A stretch of DNA of 64,000 nucleotides from Candidatus Saccharimonadales bacterium (lineage in GTDB: Bacteria; Patescibacteriota; Saccharimonadia; Saccharimonadales; DATKHC01). Each line of letters begins with the position of its first letter. The first letter of the stretch is position 1. The notes under the pieces were generated by a model that saw nothing but the letters and a program-made list of their open reading frames with translations, made no database searches and was not told the origin of the DNA. A program made the position numbers and the translations under genes. This document shows positions 38,157 to 45,591 of this stretch, piece by piece. Location: NCBI GenBank assembly GCA_035510465.1, contig DATKHC010000021.1:2876-66875 (forward strand), read 5' to 3'.

Positions 38157-38453
38157 ATGGTGGACCTTGTGGGACAGCTTTCAAACCCTTTGTCAACCCT
38201 GTTATCCCTGGTGGCAGGGTCAGAAAGAGTCGAAAAAGTCCTCAGGTCTACGAAAAATTGTAACCGGTTGCAGTTGAAACACCAAACACAGGTTCGTCTT
38301 GGGACCAAAGCTGTTGCTGAGCTGATCCAGGCCTACCAAGCTGGTGAGCCGATCAATTCCCTAGCTGAGCGCTTCTTCATTCACCGCACCACTGTCATCG
38401 AGCATGTCAGGAGATCCGGGGTGAAAATAAGGTGGGAGTCCAGGAGGAAGTGA
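38157..38453 (+). CDS. Truncated HTH protein, paralog of 55802..56230
   Basis: AVAELIQAYQAGEPINSLAERFFIHRTTVIEHVRR aligns with RVEDLIRGYIEGVPVDDLATQFGVDQSTVQKHARR. It lacks the second HTH. Its 3' end overlaps an opposite-strand ORF. Confidence 0.5.
   Translation: MVDLVGQLSNPLSTLLSLVAGSERVEKVLRSTKNCNRLQLKHQTQVRLGTKAVAELIQAYQAGEPINSLAERFFIHRTTVIEHVRRSGVKIRWESRRK
38158..38189 (+). repeat. Partial degenerate duplicate of the tRNA-Ala(GGC) 3' end (att-like)
   Basis: TGGTGGACCTTGTGGGAC-agctt-TCAAACCCT versus the tRNA strand TGGTGGAGCTAGAGGGAC-TCAAACCCT. That is 15/18, a 5-nt insertion, then 9/9. It lies 8 nt from the tRNA 5' end. Confidence 0.65.
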
Positions 38454-38600
38454 GGTCTTTGATCTCTTCTTGACACCTTCAATCTGTTCTGAGGTTAGTT
38501 CCTTGGCTAGCTCCATATAGGTCCTGGCTAGTTTTCTTAGATCCGGGTTTTCCTTGCGAATTCCTCGAACTCTGATAATCCTTCTCGGTTGCTTTGACTT

Positions 38601-38630
38601 CATTGACGCGATCTATTGTCGCGCTGATAG
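38601..38630 (+). repeat. 30-nt intergenic motif, copy 1
   Basis: CATTGACGCGATCTATTGTCGCGCTGATAG. The 20-nt core GACGCGATCTATTGTCGCGC is identical in all 3 copies and contains a CGCGA/TCGCG stem with a 7-nt loop. Confidence 0.7.
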
Positions 38631-38654
38631 GAAAAAATTACAAAGTTTGCTTAA

Positions 38655-39206
38655 TTACTGTCGTGTAAGCCACTTCTTTCTTATATCTCTTGAGATAGAG
38701 AAATATAAGATCCAAAAAACTGATGGGTAAAATAGTCGTGCATTGGAAATGAACACGTCATATAAAATACCCGGTGTGTGGACAGCGTCTTTAACAATAT
38801 TTTGATAAATAGCTTCAGCAATGAAGAACCACAATACATAGGCACTGAAATAGCTTATGCTCAAAACAATTGAAATCCTTTTCTTCAGGTTTACAAAGAA
38901 TCCAATCAATAGAGCACCAAGGATCTTTAAGACGTGTGCAACCTGAACTGCAACGTAATAGCCATGCAAGCTTGGATAAGCTGTATTTATTTGGGGCGTA
39001 AGTTTTGAGAACAAACCCTGATACTGGTGTAAATAATAGAGGTTATATACAACTACGTAACCAAGATAAATTAAAAATAGAATTAAAAAGATATTGTACT
39101 TATATGCCTGGAATATTTGACTACTTTCTTTGATCGGTTGTTCTCCAACTCTTGATGCAATGTTCTTCGGTGACGTGTTTTTTCTTGACCGTATATCCTG
39201 TTCCAT
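38655..39206 (-). CDS. Polytopic membrane protein
   Basis: 183 aa with about 5 TM helices. TGCTACAAT (extended -10) lies 7 nt upstream of the ATG. Confidence 0.55.
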   Translation of the reverse strand: MEQDIRSRKNTSPKNIASRVGEQPIKESSQIFQAYKYNIFLILFLIYLGYVVVYNLYYLHQYQGLFSKLTPQINTAYPSLHGYYVAVQVAHVLKILGALLIGFFVNLKKRISIVLSISYFSAYVLWFFIAEAIYQNIVKDAVHTPGILYDVFISNARLFYPSVFWILYFSISRDIRKKWLTRQ

Positions 39207-39240
39207 TGAAATTATTGTAGCACCCCCACATATAACGGTA

Positions 39241-39270
39241 TTTAGACGCGATCTATTGTCGCGCCGATAC
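39241..39270 (+). repeat. 30-nt intergenic motif, copy 2
   Basis: TTTAGACGCGATCTATTGTCGCGCCGATAC, with the same 20-nt core. Confidence 0.7.
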
Positions 39271-39287
39271 GAATTAATTAATAGTAG

Positions 39288-39893
39288 TTATTGAGCAAGC
39301 TGTATTTGAGAAGCACTTGAGATAATCATTTCGGGTTCACCTTTGTAGTTAGTGATAGTTCCTGTGACATCTACGGACTGACCTGAGTATTGACTCAGGA
39401 CACTAGGGCCAAATGAAGTTCCGGCCGGGATATATGCAGAGAAGCCATACGGAGCCGATAAATACTGATCCAGATACATCTCTCCCCTTGAGGAGGTATA
39501 AGCATAGCCAGTAAAGTTAATGCAACCACTTGTACCCTCCATACTGGCTGCATCAGAAACCGGTGAACAAGATGGCGTCGTGCTAGCTGGAGGAGAAGTG
39601 GTTTGCGATGGAGCGGTACTAGCAGGGCTTGTCGAAGTCGTTTGAGGAGTTGTTGTCGTTGCGGGCGCAGGAGAAGTTATTGTCAAATTAGGACTTTTGC
39701 TAGTCGCCGAAGTACTCTTCTGACTGGTTTGTTGCACGTCTATTGGAGTAGAGGTGTTTTTGTGCGAACCAACGGCACCTAGAACTATCAGGAACGCCAC
39801 CACTCCAATTGCTATGCCCGCTTTCTTGTTACTTGATAGCTTTTTCTTTTTGTTAGAGTTCTTTTTTACTTCGTCCTGACCTTGTGTATCCAT
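39288..39893 (-). CDS. Membrane-anchored S/T/P-rich protein with a C-terminal OB-fold-like domain
   Basis: 201 aa: N-terminal TM, a TSxP-rich linker and a C-terminal QSVDVTGTITNYKGEPEMIISSASQIQL that resembles OB-fold termini (weak). Confidence 0.5.
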   Translation of the reverse strand: MDTQGQDEVKKNSNKKKKLSSNKKAGIAIGVVAFLIVLGAVGSHKNTSTPIDVQQTSQKSTSATSKSPNLTITSPAPATTTTPQTTSTSPASTAPSQTTSPPASTTPSCSPVSDAASMEGTSGCINFTGYAYTSSRGEMYLDQYLSAPYGFSAYIPAGTSFGPSVLSQYSGQSVDVTGTITNYKGEPEMIISSASQIQLAQ

Positions 39894-39969
39894 ATGAAGC
39901 CTCTACTTAAGAATTATTAGTTTAAGTATAGCTCGGCCTACATAATATATGTACTTAATATTTGAGTTT

Positions 39970-39999
39970 CATTGACGCGATCTATTGTCGCGCCAATAG
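39970..39999 (+). repeat. 30-nt intergenic motif, copy 3
   Basis: CATTGACGCGATCTATTGTCGCGCCAATAG, with the same 20-nt core. Confidence 0.7.
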
Positions 40000-40071
40000 T
40001 TTCAACAAATAATCTAGTGATACTTGAAGATATTATTTTACGTCGTACAATAAAGTGTGTAAGGAGTTAAT

Positions 40072-40251
40072 ATGGCCAAATCAAATCAAACTAAAAGAAG
40101 CACTCAATCATTAAAAGTTACAAAACAGGAACTTTCGGGAGCCGGACACGTTTTAGGTGACAAGAAGGCAACGAAAGCGGAGAAAACAGATGCTGCTCTA
40201 CTATTAAGAGCTTCGCAAAAATCCGCAAAGTCCAAACCCCAAAAGAACTAG
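40072..40251 (+). CDS. Small basic protein (59 aa) upstream of the protease
   Basis: Own translation: MAKSNQTKRSTQSLKVTKQELSGAGHVLGDKKATKAEKTDAALLLRASQKSAKSKPQKN. AAGGAG SD 5 nt upstream. The stop is 3 nt before the protease ATG. One residue below the track cutoff. Confidence 0.45.
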   Translation: MAKSNQTKRSTQSLKVTKQELSGAGHVLGDKKATKAEKTDAALLLRASQKSAKSKPQKN

Positions 40252-40254
40252 TCT

Positions 40255-41028
40255 ATGCCATTGACCATCACGGCTTTCAATCAATCCGTTGGCGCTCCTA
40301 GCCCAGTTTCTGGTGGGCCTGACCGAGCAGTTGCTGCCATATTTACCGCTGATAAGAATGAGCGCGAAACTAATCCGTTAACTGTCCGCAACTGTTTAGG
40401 TACAGGATTTCTGGTCAATGGTTATGATATCCACTTTGTTACGGCTAGACACGTAGTAGCGGCTCCTCTAGCGCAAGACGAGGAGCTAGTTCTTGCATTT
40501 AACTTGGACTCTGGCTTTTTAAGCATACCTGTTAATTCACTTAGCTTATCAGACTCAACAGATTTAGCATTTGGAACTCTGCTTCCGGAGAACGACGTTA
40601 CAATTCCTGGTTTTCAAATAGCAAGAACTGTACCAATCAACACCGATTGCTCTACGTTGGAACATAGTGGGACAGGACGCAACGTTAGTGCCGGAGGGAT
40701 GCTATATAACGTGAGGTATAGACGAGGAAATATTGTCTCAAGTGGTAAATATGAATATGAGGGGATCTTATCTGAGTCTACGGTCTTTGAAATGTCATAC
40801 CCTTGCTTGTGGGGAGCCAGTGGCTCGCCGGTATTTAACTCAGCCACCCTGGAGTTGGTGGGGATGATGGTTCAGAACGTTGATCACGAACTCGCTCCCA
40901 GCCAGTTAATAAAAGCTGTGGATGACGAGGGACAACTAATCGAAGAAATTAAGTACACAATACCTCAGGGGATCGCGCTAAGTGCGGTAACTATAAACAG
41001 TGAGCTTGACGTCCACGTACTGCATTAA
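40255..41028 (+). CDS. Cytoplasmic trypsin-like (chymotrypsin-fold, Trypsin_2-type) serine protease
   Basis: The catalytic triad can be read off: GTGFLV...FVTARHVV (His), STDLAF (Asp), WGASGSPVF (Ser). No signal peptide or TM. Confidence 0.8.
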   Translation: MPLTITAFNQSVGAPSPVSGGPDRAVAAIFTADKNERETNPLTVRNCLGTGFLVNGYDIHFVTARHVVAAPLAQDEELVLAFNLDSGFLSIPVNSLSLSDSTDLAFGTLLPENDVTIPGFQIARTVPINTDCSTLEHSGTGRNVSAGGMLYNVRYRRGNIVSSGKYEYEGILSESTVFEMSYPCLWGASGSPVFNSATLELVGMMVQNVDHELAPSQLIKAVDDEGQLIEEIKYTIPQGIALSAVTINSELDVHVLH

Positions 41029-41058
41029 ATAAAAAAGGACCATTGGAAATAGAGCTTA

Positions 41059-41766
41059 TTACCTATTCTGAACGTGAGTCACTAAATCATCCAGTAGAGC
41101 TTTAGTGTTAGGGACTAAACCCTTATCTAGAAATACATCAGCTTTATCCGAACTCCTCATCGCTTTTACTACAGGCCCATTATTCTTGGAGTATCCAAAA
41201 GAATTCATCAATACCCCGGAGTCAGAATCCTCAGGATGCTCCAATAGTTTATTTCTCACATTTCTTACAGGGGCAGAGTCAAGCTTCTTTAGGCCCGGAA
41301 GCTTTTGTAGAGTCTTTAATAATCTCGCAGCTCCATAGTAATAATCTGAAACCTTATCTACTAGGTAGTATATGATCTCACGCTCAGCTTCTGGAATATT
41401 CTTTTCGTCTTGTTCATCATAATCAAGTATCGTTGCGCTGACGGACTCAGAATGAACTTCTCTCGGGTTGGGCCCTAAGTGCTTAAGTAACTGTGCAACT
41501 TCAGGGTTAGTCTTGGCGTTTTTCTCTAGGAGTTGAATCATTTCACTGGAAGAAGGAAGTTTCCCGGAGGCCTTTCCGAGTTCCAGGAGTTGAGTAGTCT
41601 TCTCGACTATGTCCTTATATGACCGCTTCAACCTCCGTAGACGTGCCAAACATTCTGACGCCAGTTGCTCTTGTGTATTATCCAGTGAACTACCTATTTG
41701 ACTGAGGTACACTTTCAAGCTCTCAATTACTTCATCGAATTGTGTATCTAAGTCTGGATAGCTCAT
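41059..41766 (-). CDS. Hypothetical helical protein (convergent with the protease)
   Basis: 235-aa ORF, predicted helical, no motif recognised. Confidence 0.5.
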   Translation of the reverse strand: MSYPDLDTQFDEVIESLKVYLSQIGSSLDNTQEQLASECLARLRRLKRSYKDIVEKTTQLLELGKASGKLPSSSEMIQLLEKNAKTNPEVAQLLKHLGPNPREVHSESVSATILDYDEQDEKNIPEAEREIIYYLVDKVSDYYYGAARLLKTLQKLPGLKKLDSAPVRNVRNKLLEHPEDSDSGVLMNSFGYSKNNGPVVKAMRSSDKADVFLDKGLVPNTKALLDDLVTHVQNR

Positions 41767-41838
41767 AAGGTGGTATTCAGTTTAACTAACTTGCAAATCA
41801 AAATTCAATAGCTACTTAATCTATAAACATAAGCGTAA

Positions 41839-41915
41839 TGGTGGGTGATGAGGGGCTCGAACCCCCGACCTCCTCGGTGTAAACGAGGCGCTCTAGCCAA
41901 CTGAGCTAATCACCC
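41839..41915 (-). tRNA. tRNA-Val (anticodon TAC)
   Basis: Manual cloverleaf: GGGTGAT acceptor, anticodon loop TTTACAC, T-loop TTCGAGC, encoded CCA. Confidence 0.9.
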
Positions 41916-42075
41916 GCATATAAAGTCATTGGTAAACGAAAAGTTTACCATATTCCTCAAAAAAGCATTATAAAGTAAAACTATACTTGGGGTAAGTATT
42001 TATAGTTCTGATCATATCCAGAGTATTTATTTTTACCCCTTGACTAATCGTAATTCTTGTGCTTAAATATATATC

Positions 42076-42960
42076 ATGAAAAAGTGGTTCAATCTGGATA
42101 GAATTACTAGAGTTTTCAGAGGGTTTTTAGTACTCAGTTTACTTGGATTTTTTCTTTTAACGTCCCCTGGCTATGCCCTTTCCCCTAACTCCTCAGGCAG
42201 CCCTACGCACATGCTTAATCTTAGCCCCGCTGTTGGCAGCTTAGCCGACGGTTCTTCTGGCCCAATTACGGGTTCTAGTCAAGGGGTATGTGAGGGTAGT
42301 TTCTGTTGGTATTATTCCGGAGCAGAAGAAAATTACATTAATGCAAAGGGTGCATCGGTTTCGATGACACAAGCCGATCCAGTTGTTAGTACCACCGACT
42401 ACCACTCCCTAACTGAAATAGCTCTTAAGTCTCAAAACGGACAACAAATCGTAGAATTTGGTTGGATAGTTGCGCCTGAAATGTTTGGTGATTCTCTACC
42501 TCATCTGTTTGTATACCACTGGGTGAACGGTAACTCAACTTGCTATGACACTTGTGGTTACATTTCTTTAGCTTCCCCCAACCCCGTTGGAAGTCCTGTC
42601 ACGGTCGGTCAAACTGGCAAATACGAAATCAAGTACTCGGGCAATAAATGGGAAATTATCTATAACGGTCAGTATATAGGCTACTTCCCTGAGTCAATTT
42701 GGGGTGGTAGCTTTAAAAAAGCATTTACGGTAGAGATTTACGGAGAAGTTTCTGCACCGAACGGAGTAGCCCCAACAACCCAAATGGGTAACGCTATTCT
42801 TGGTAACGAACCTGGTGCTGCACAAGTTTCAAATTACGATCTTATAAACTCACCTGTTAAAGAAAAGTTGTATCCTTTCGTTTTCGGTGACCCAAGATCA
42901 TACGCCATAGGCAACGTCACAAAAACCAGCTTTAGCTACGGCGGCCCAGGCGGTTATTAA
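42076..42960 (+). CDS. Secreted neprosin/DUF239-like protein
   Basis: Signal/TM at the N-terminus. HSLTEIALKSQNGQQIVEFGWIV...LFVYHWVNG...CYDTCGYISL...NKWEIIYNGQYIGYFPESIW follows the neprosin-domain pattern as I recall it. Confidence 0.6.
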   Translation: MKKWFNLDRITRVFRGFLVLSLLGFFLLTSPGYALSPNSSGSPTHMLNLSPAVGSLADGSSGPITGSSQGVCEGSFCWYYSGAEENYINAKGASVSMTQADPVVSTTDYHSLTEIALKSQNGQQIVEFGWIVAPEMFGDSLPHLFVYHWVNGNSTCYDTCGYISLASPNPVGSPVTVGQTGKYEIKYSGNKWEIIYNGQYIGYFPESIWGGSFKKAFTVEIYGEVSAPNGVAPTTQMGNAILGNEPGAAQVSNYDLINSPVKEKLYPFVFGDPRSYAIGNVTKTSFSYGGPGGY

Positions 42961-42975
42961 GCTTTTGTCGATGGC

Positions 42976-44574
42976 TTAGCTGTCTAACTCTCTCTTTACA
43001 ATCAACGAACCGGCCCCGACATGTATTTGTCTAGCTCTTCTCGCACCATGTTCGAGCATTGCCCTAAACTGGTCATTGGTCATTTGTTCTCTGTCAATTA
43101 AATCGGAGAAATCTTTATCATTTTGCATCATCCCTTGCCTGAACTCAGCTCCATAATCTTTAGGGAAAGCGAAGGTAACCCTTACGCCTAGACTCTGGAG
43201 ATATTGTTGCTCTGCTAACAGTTTAGGGTAAGGACTGTTCGGAATTTCGCTAAGACGAACGTAACCATCTCCGCGCCTAACTAGGGGATCAATATATCTA
43301 TTTTTTAACGGACCCACCAAATAACTCAAAGCATCCGAGTTATCAAGTCGAGGTATTTTTACTTGATCCAGTACAGCTCGCTCCTCATCAGTTAACTCAA
43401 CTACTTCAGTATGAACAGTTGAAGATTTTGGCCCAAACTCAACACGTTTCGGTCCAAGATAATCAGATGGATAGTTTTCAGCCTTATCGTCCAGAATAAA
43501 TCTAGCGTACTCGGCTAAGCGATAGTTGGTAAACTTTTTTCGCTCTTCCATGCCACTAGAGTTCAGCTCGTTAGAAATTAAATAGATAAATGTATCTGTT
43601 GAGCCCGGACCCGTTACTAGTGCGTCATTAAAATCCTGGTCGATTGCATGAAAATAGGATATGGGGGTTCGGGTTTGACCCTTATCCACTTCGTCCATCC
43701 AGCTAAGTCTACGACTCATAATTGAATGTTGGACTGCGTGGATACCTAAGTGAAGATGTGTCCGATTTAGGGGATCGTTATAGTGTTCAGCAGCAAAAAG
43801 TAGAAGTAGCTTGGACAATACCAAAGCCGCCTCCTCATCCATAATTGCCAGTTGACCATCTGGGGTAAGTTCATAATTGGATAGATCTACAGCTTTTTTA
43901 ACCTTCTCTCTCACTTGAGGATCGACGTATTCATGATCAAACCAGAGCAAAGCTTCGGCGGCAATATATTGCAATCGATCAACATCAATGTCTCGTCTGT
44001 CTTTTGCTTTAGCCCATTCAGGAACCTCAATACCCGGAACTCTTATCTTTTCGTCATAAGGTATTCCATACCGATCTAACACCCCTGTAAAACCACCTAG
44101 GTTTGCAATCCTGGGCCAAATAACTTCATGCCAATCTTCAGGACCACCCCAGTTCTGAACTGCTTGTTCAAGTTGATGAGAAAAAGCTGGGTGGGCCTGG
44201 TCATCTCCTTCAACGTCAATGTGTATAGCTTGGATACGTTCAGGTGATAAGCCTTGCATATGTCCAAACCGCTCAACAAGTTCATGTTGAGCTATAAGAC
44301 CCCAGCCCCTATTAAAGCTAGCAAGGTTAGGGATAGTGCTACTTTCTCGGCTTTTGCATAGTTGTGATACACCCAATGACCTGAAAAAACTGGTGGTAGT
44401 AAACAGATCGTAGCTTACAGGATCCGTTATAACGAAATCCCCAAGCCAAGGATCTTCCACCATTATGAAACCTTCGTTGACGGTCAATCTCATAACATCA
44501 TGCCCCGTACTGAAGCAAGTAATCTCAGGGTCTCTCTCCACGTGCAGACCATATCCTGAAGAAATTTCATTCAT
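42976..44574 (-). CDS. HD-domain (SAMHD1/dGTPase-like) family protein with substituted metal-binding residues
   Basis: DPWLGDFVI...FFRSLGVSQL...ASFNRGWGL...VEGDDQAHPAFSHQLE...WHE parallels DPvhG / FQRLrxIkQLG / tRfeHSlGV / LLHDiGHxPFSHxxE. The first His and the His of HD are replaced. I prefer the ATG at 44574 to the track start at 44610. Confidence 0.55.
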   Translation of the reverse strand: MNEISSGYGLHVERDPEITCFSTGHDVMRLTVNEGFIMVEDPWLGDFVITDPVSYDLFTTTSFFRSLGVSQLCKSRESSTIPNLASFNRGWGLIAQHELVERFGHMQGLSPERIQAIHIDVEGDDQAHPAFSHQLEQAVQNWGGPEDWHEVIWPRIANLGGFTGVLDRYGIPYDEKIRVPGIEVPEWAKAKDRRDIDVDRLQYIAAEALLWFDHEYVDPQVREKVKKAVDLSNYELTPDGQLAIMDEEAALVLSKLLLLFAAEHYNDPLNRTHLHLGIHAVQHSIMSRRLSWMDEVDKGQTRTPISYFHAIDQDFNDALVTGPGSTDTFIYLISNELNSSGMEERKKFTNYRLAEYARFILDDKAENYPSDYLGPKRVEFGPKSSTVHTEVVELTDEERAVLDQVKIPRLDNSDALSYLVGPLKNRYIDPLVRRGDGYVRLSEIPNSPYPKLLAEQQYLQSLGVRVTFAFPKDYGAEFRQGMMQNDKDFSDLIDREQMTNDQFRAMLEHGARRARQIHVGAGSLIVKRELDS

Positions 44575-44674
44575 TGGTCCGAGTCTAACTCCTGTACTGC
44601 TCAGACGCAAGCACTAGCATTTTCAGATCAAATAAAGCAATGGTACCGCCAGCTTCAGCTCTTGCTAATTTGTC

Positions 44675-45361
44675 TTAGCTACCAAGAGGGAAAGACGGGA
44701 CGTCAGATCCTTCATAATAAAGCCTTGGGTTCAGCTCTGGGTTAGCAATAGCTTCTTCAACAAACCCTAGACACATCTCAGCAGTATTAACTGCGTACTC
44801 AACGTCCGCCAATAAAGCCACTCTCCCTAACCTCGAAGTGGATGATAGAACAGCTCTTTGTCTTTTATCGGTTATGCCTTGGGTAGAAACGGTCTCTACG
44901 ACAGGCCAGATTCTTGGTTTCCAACGATATGGATTTTCCACTTCTTGGGGGTGTTGTATGTAAAGCCCAACTGTTTGTCTTGGAACAACTCCAAAGACAA
45001 ATTCCGCGGTTGCACCCCAATCTACGTACAAATGGCCATCGCCTGGCCGATTATTGATATAACTGACTCTACAGATTGCTACGTGATCAGGCGTTCGTTC
45101 AGTCTGCTCGTGTCTGCCCATAACCACGGTAAGTCGCTTTCTAAGAGAGCCACGATAGTTTACTTCTTTGAAAGGTTTAGTCAGTCCCGTTACGCCGTTA
45201 ACAACTGCTGTGTTGCGGACTTCAAGCTCATGAAAAAGATTCTCAAACTTTGCCCTGATTTCTGCTCTTTTAGAGGTTATATCAGCTGGTTCCCGAGTTA
45301 GCTGTTCGCTTCTTGCGATAGCTGTGTCAACTGCTCCACCCAAAAGCCAATCTTTTTCCAT
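44675..45361 (-). CDS. Hypothetical protein, first gene of the operon with the HD-like protein
   Basis: 228-aa ORF, co-oriented, about 100 nt upstream of 42976..44574. No motif recognised. Confidence 0.5.
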   Translation of the reverse strand: MEKDWLLGGAVDTAIARSEQLTREPADITSKRAEIRAKFENLFHELEVRNTAVVNGVTGLTKPFKEVNYRGSLRKRLTVVMGRHEQTERTPDHVAICRVSYINNRPGDGHLYVDWGATAEFVFGVVPRQTVGLYIQHPQEVENPYRWKPRIWPVVETVSTQGITDKRQRAVLSSTSRLGRVALLADVEYAVNTAEMCLGFVEEAIANPELNPRLYYEGSDVPSFPLGS

Positions 45362-45423
45362 ACCACATGCAATTATACTTACTCTTGCTCTATTTCAAAC
45401 CAGTAGCACATACAAAGAACACC

Positions 45424-45507
45424 TGGTGCGCGAGAGAGGATTCGAACCTCCAAGCCTTGCGGCGCTAGCCCCTCAGACTAGTGTGTATACCGTTCCACCA
45501 CTCGCGC
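45424..45507 (-). tRNA. tRNA-Leu (anticodon GAG)
   Basis: Manual fold: GCGCGAG acceptor, anticodon loop CTGAGGG, long variable arm, T-loop TTCGAAT, encoded CCA. Confidence 0.85.
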
Positions 45508-45591
45508 GTTTTTTTGGATCAAAATTAATCCCCAAGCCTTGTTATCTTAACGGATTGTGCGTCAAAAACTCAAGGAACACTAAGTCAAGCC

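Noticed and set aside
38361-38603. 80-aa minus-strand ORF (MKSKQPRRIIRVRGIRKENPDLRKLARTYMELAKE...) as a real gene.
   Set aside because: Its 3' half overlaps the plus-strand HTH ORF, whose homology to 55802..56230 supports the plus frame. Only the first ~48 codons are free, its ATG is part of repeat copy 1, and no family was recognised. It may be a remnant and is left uncalled.
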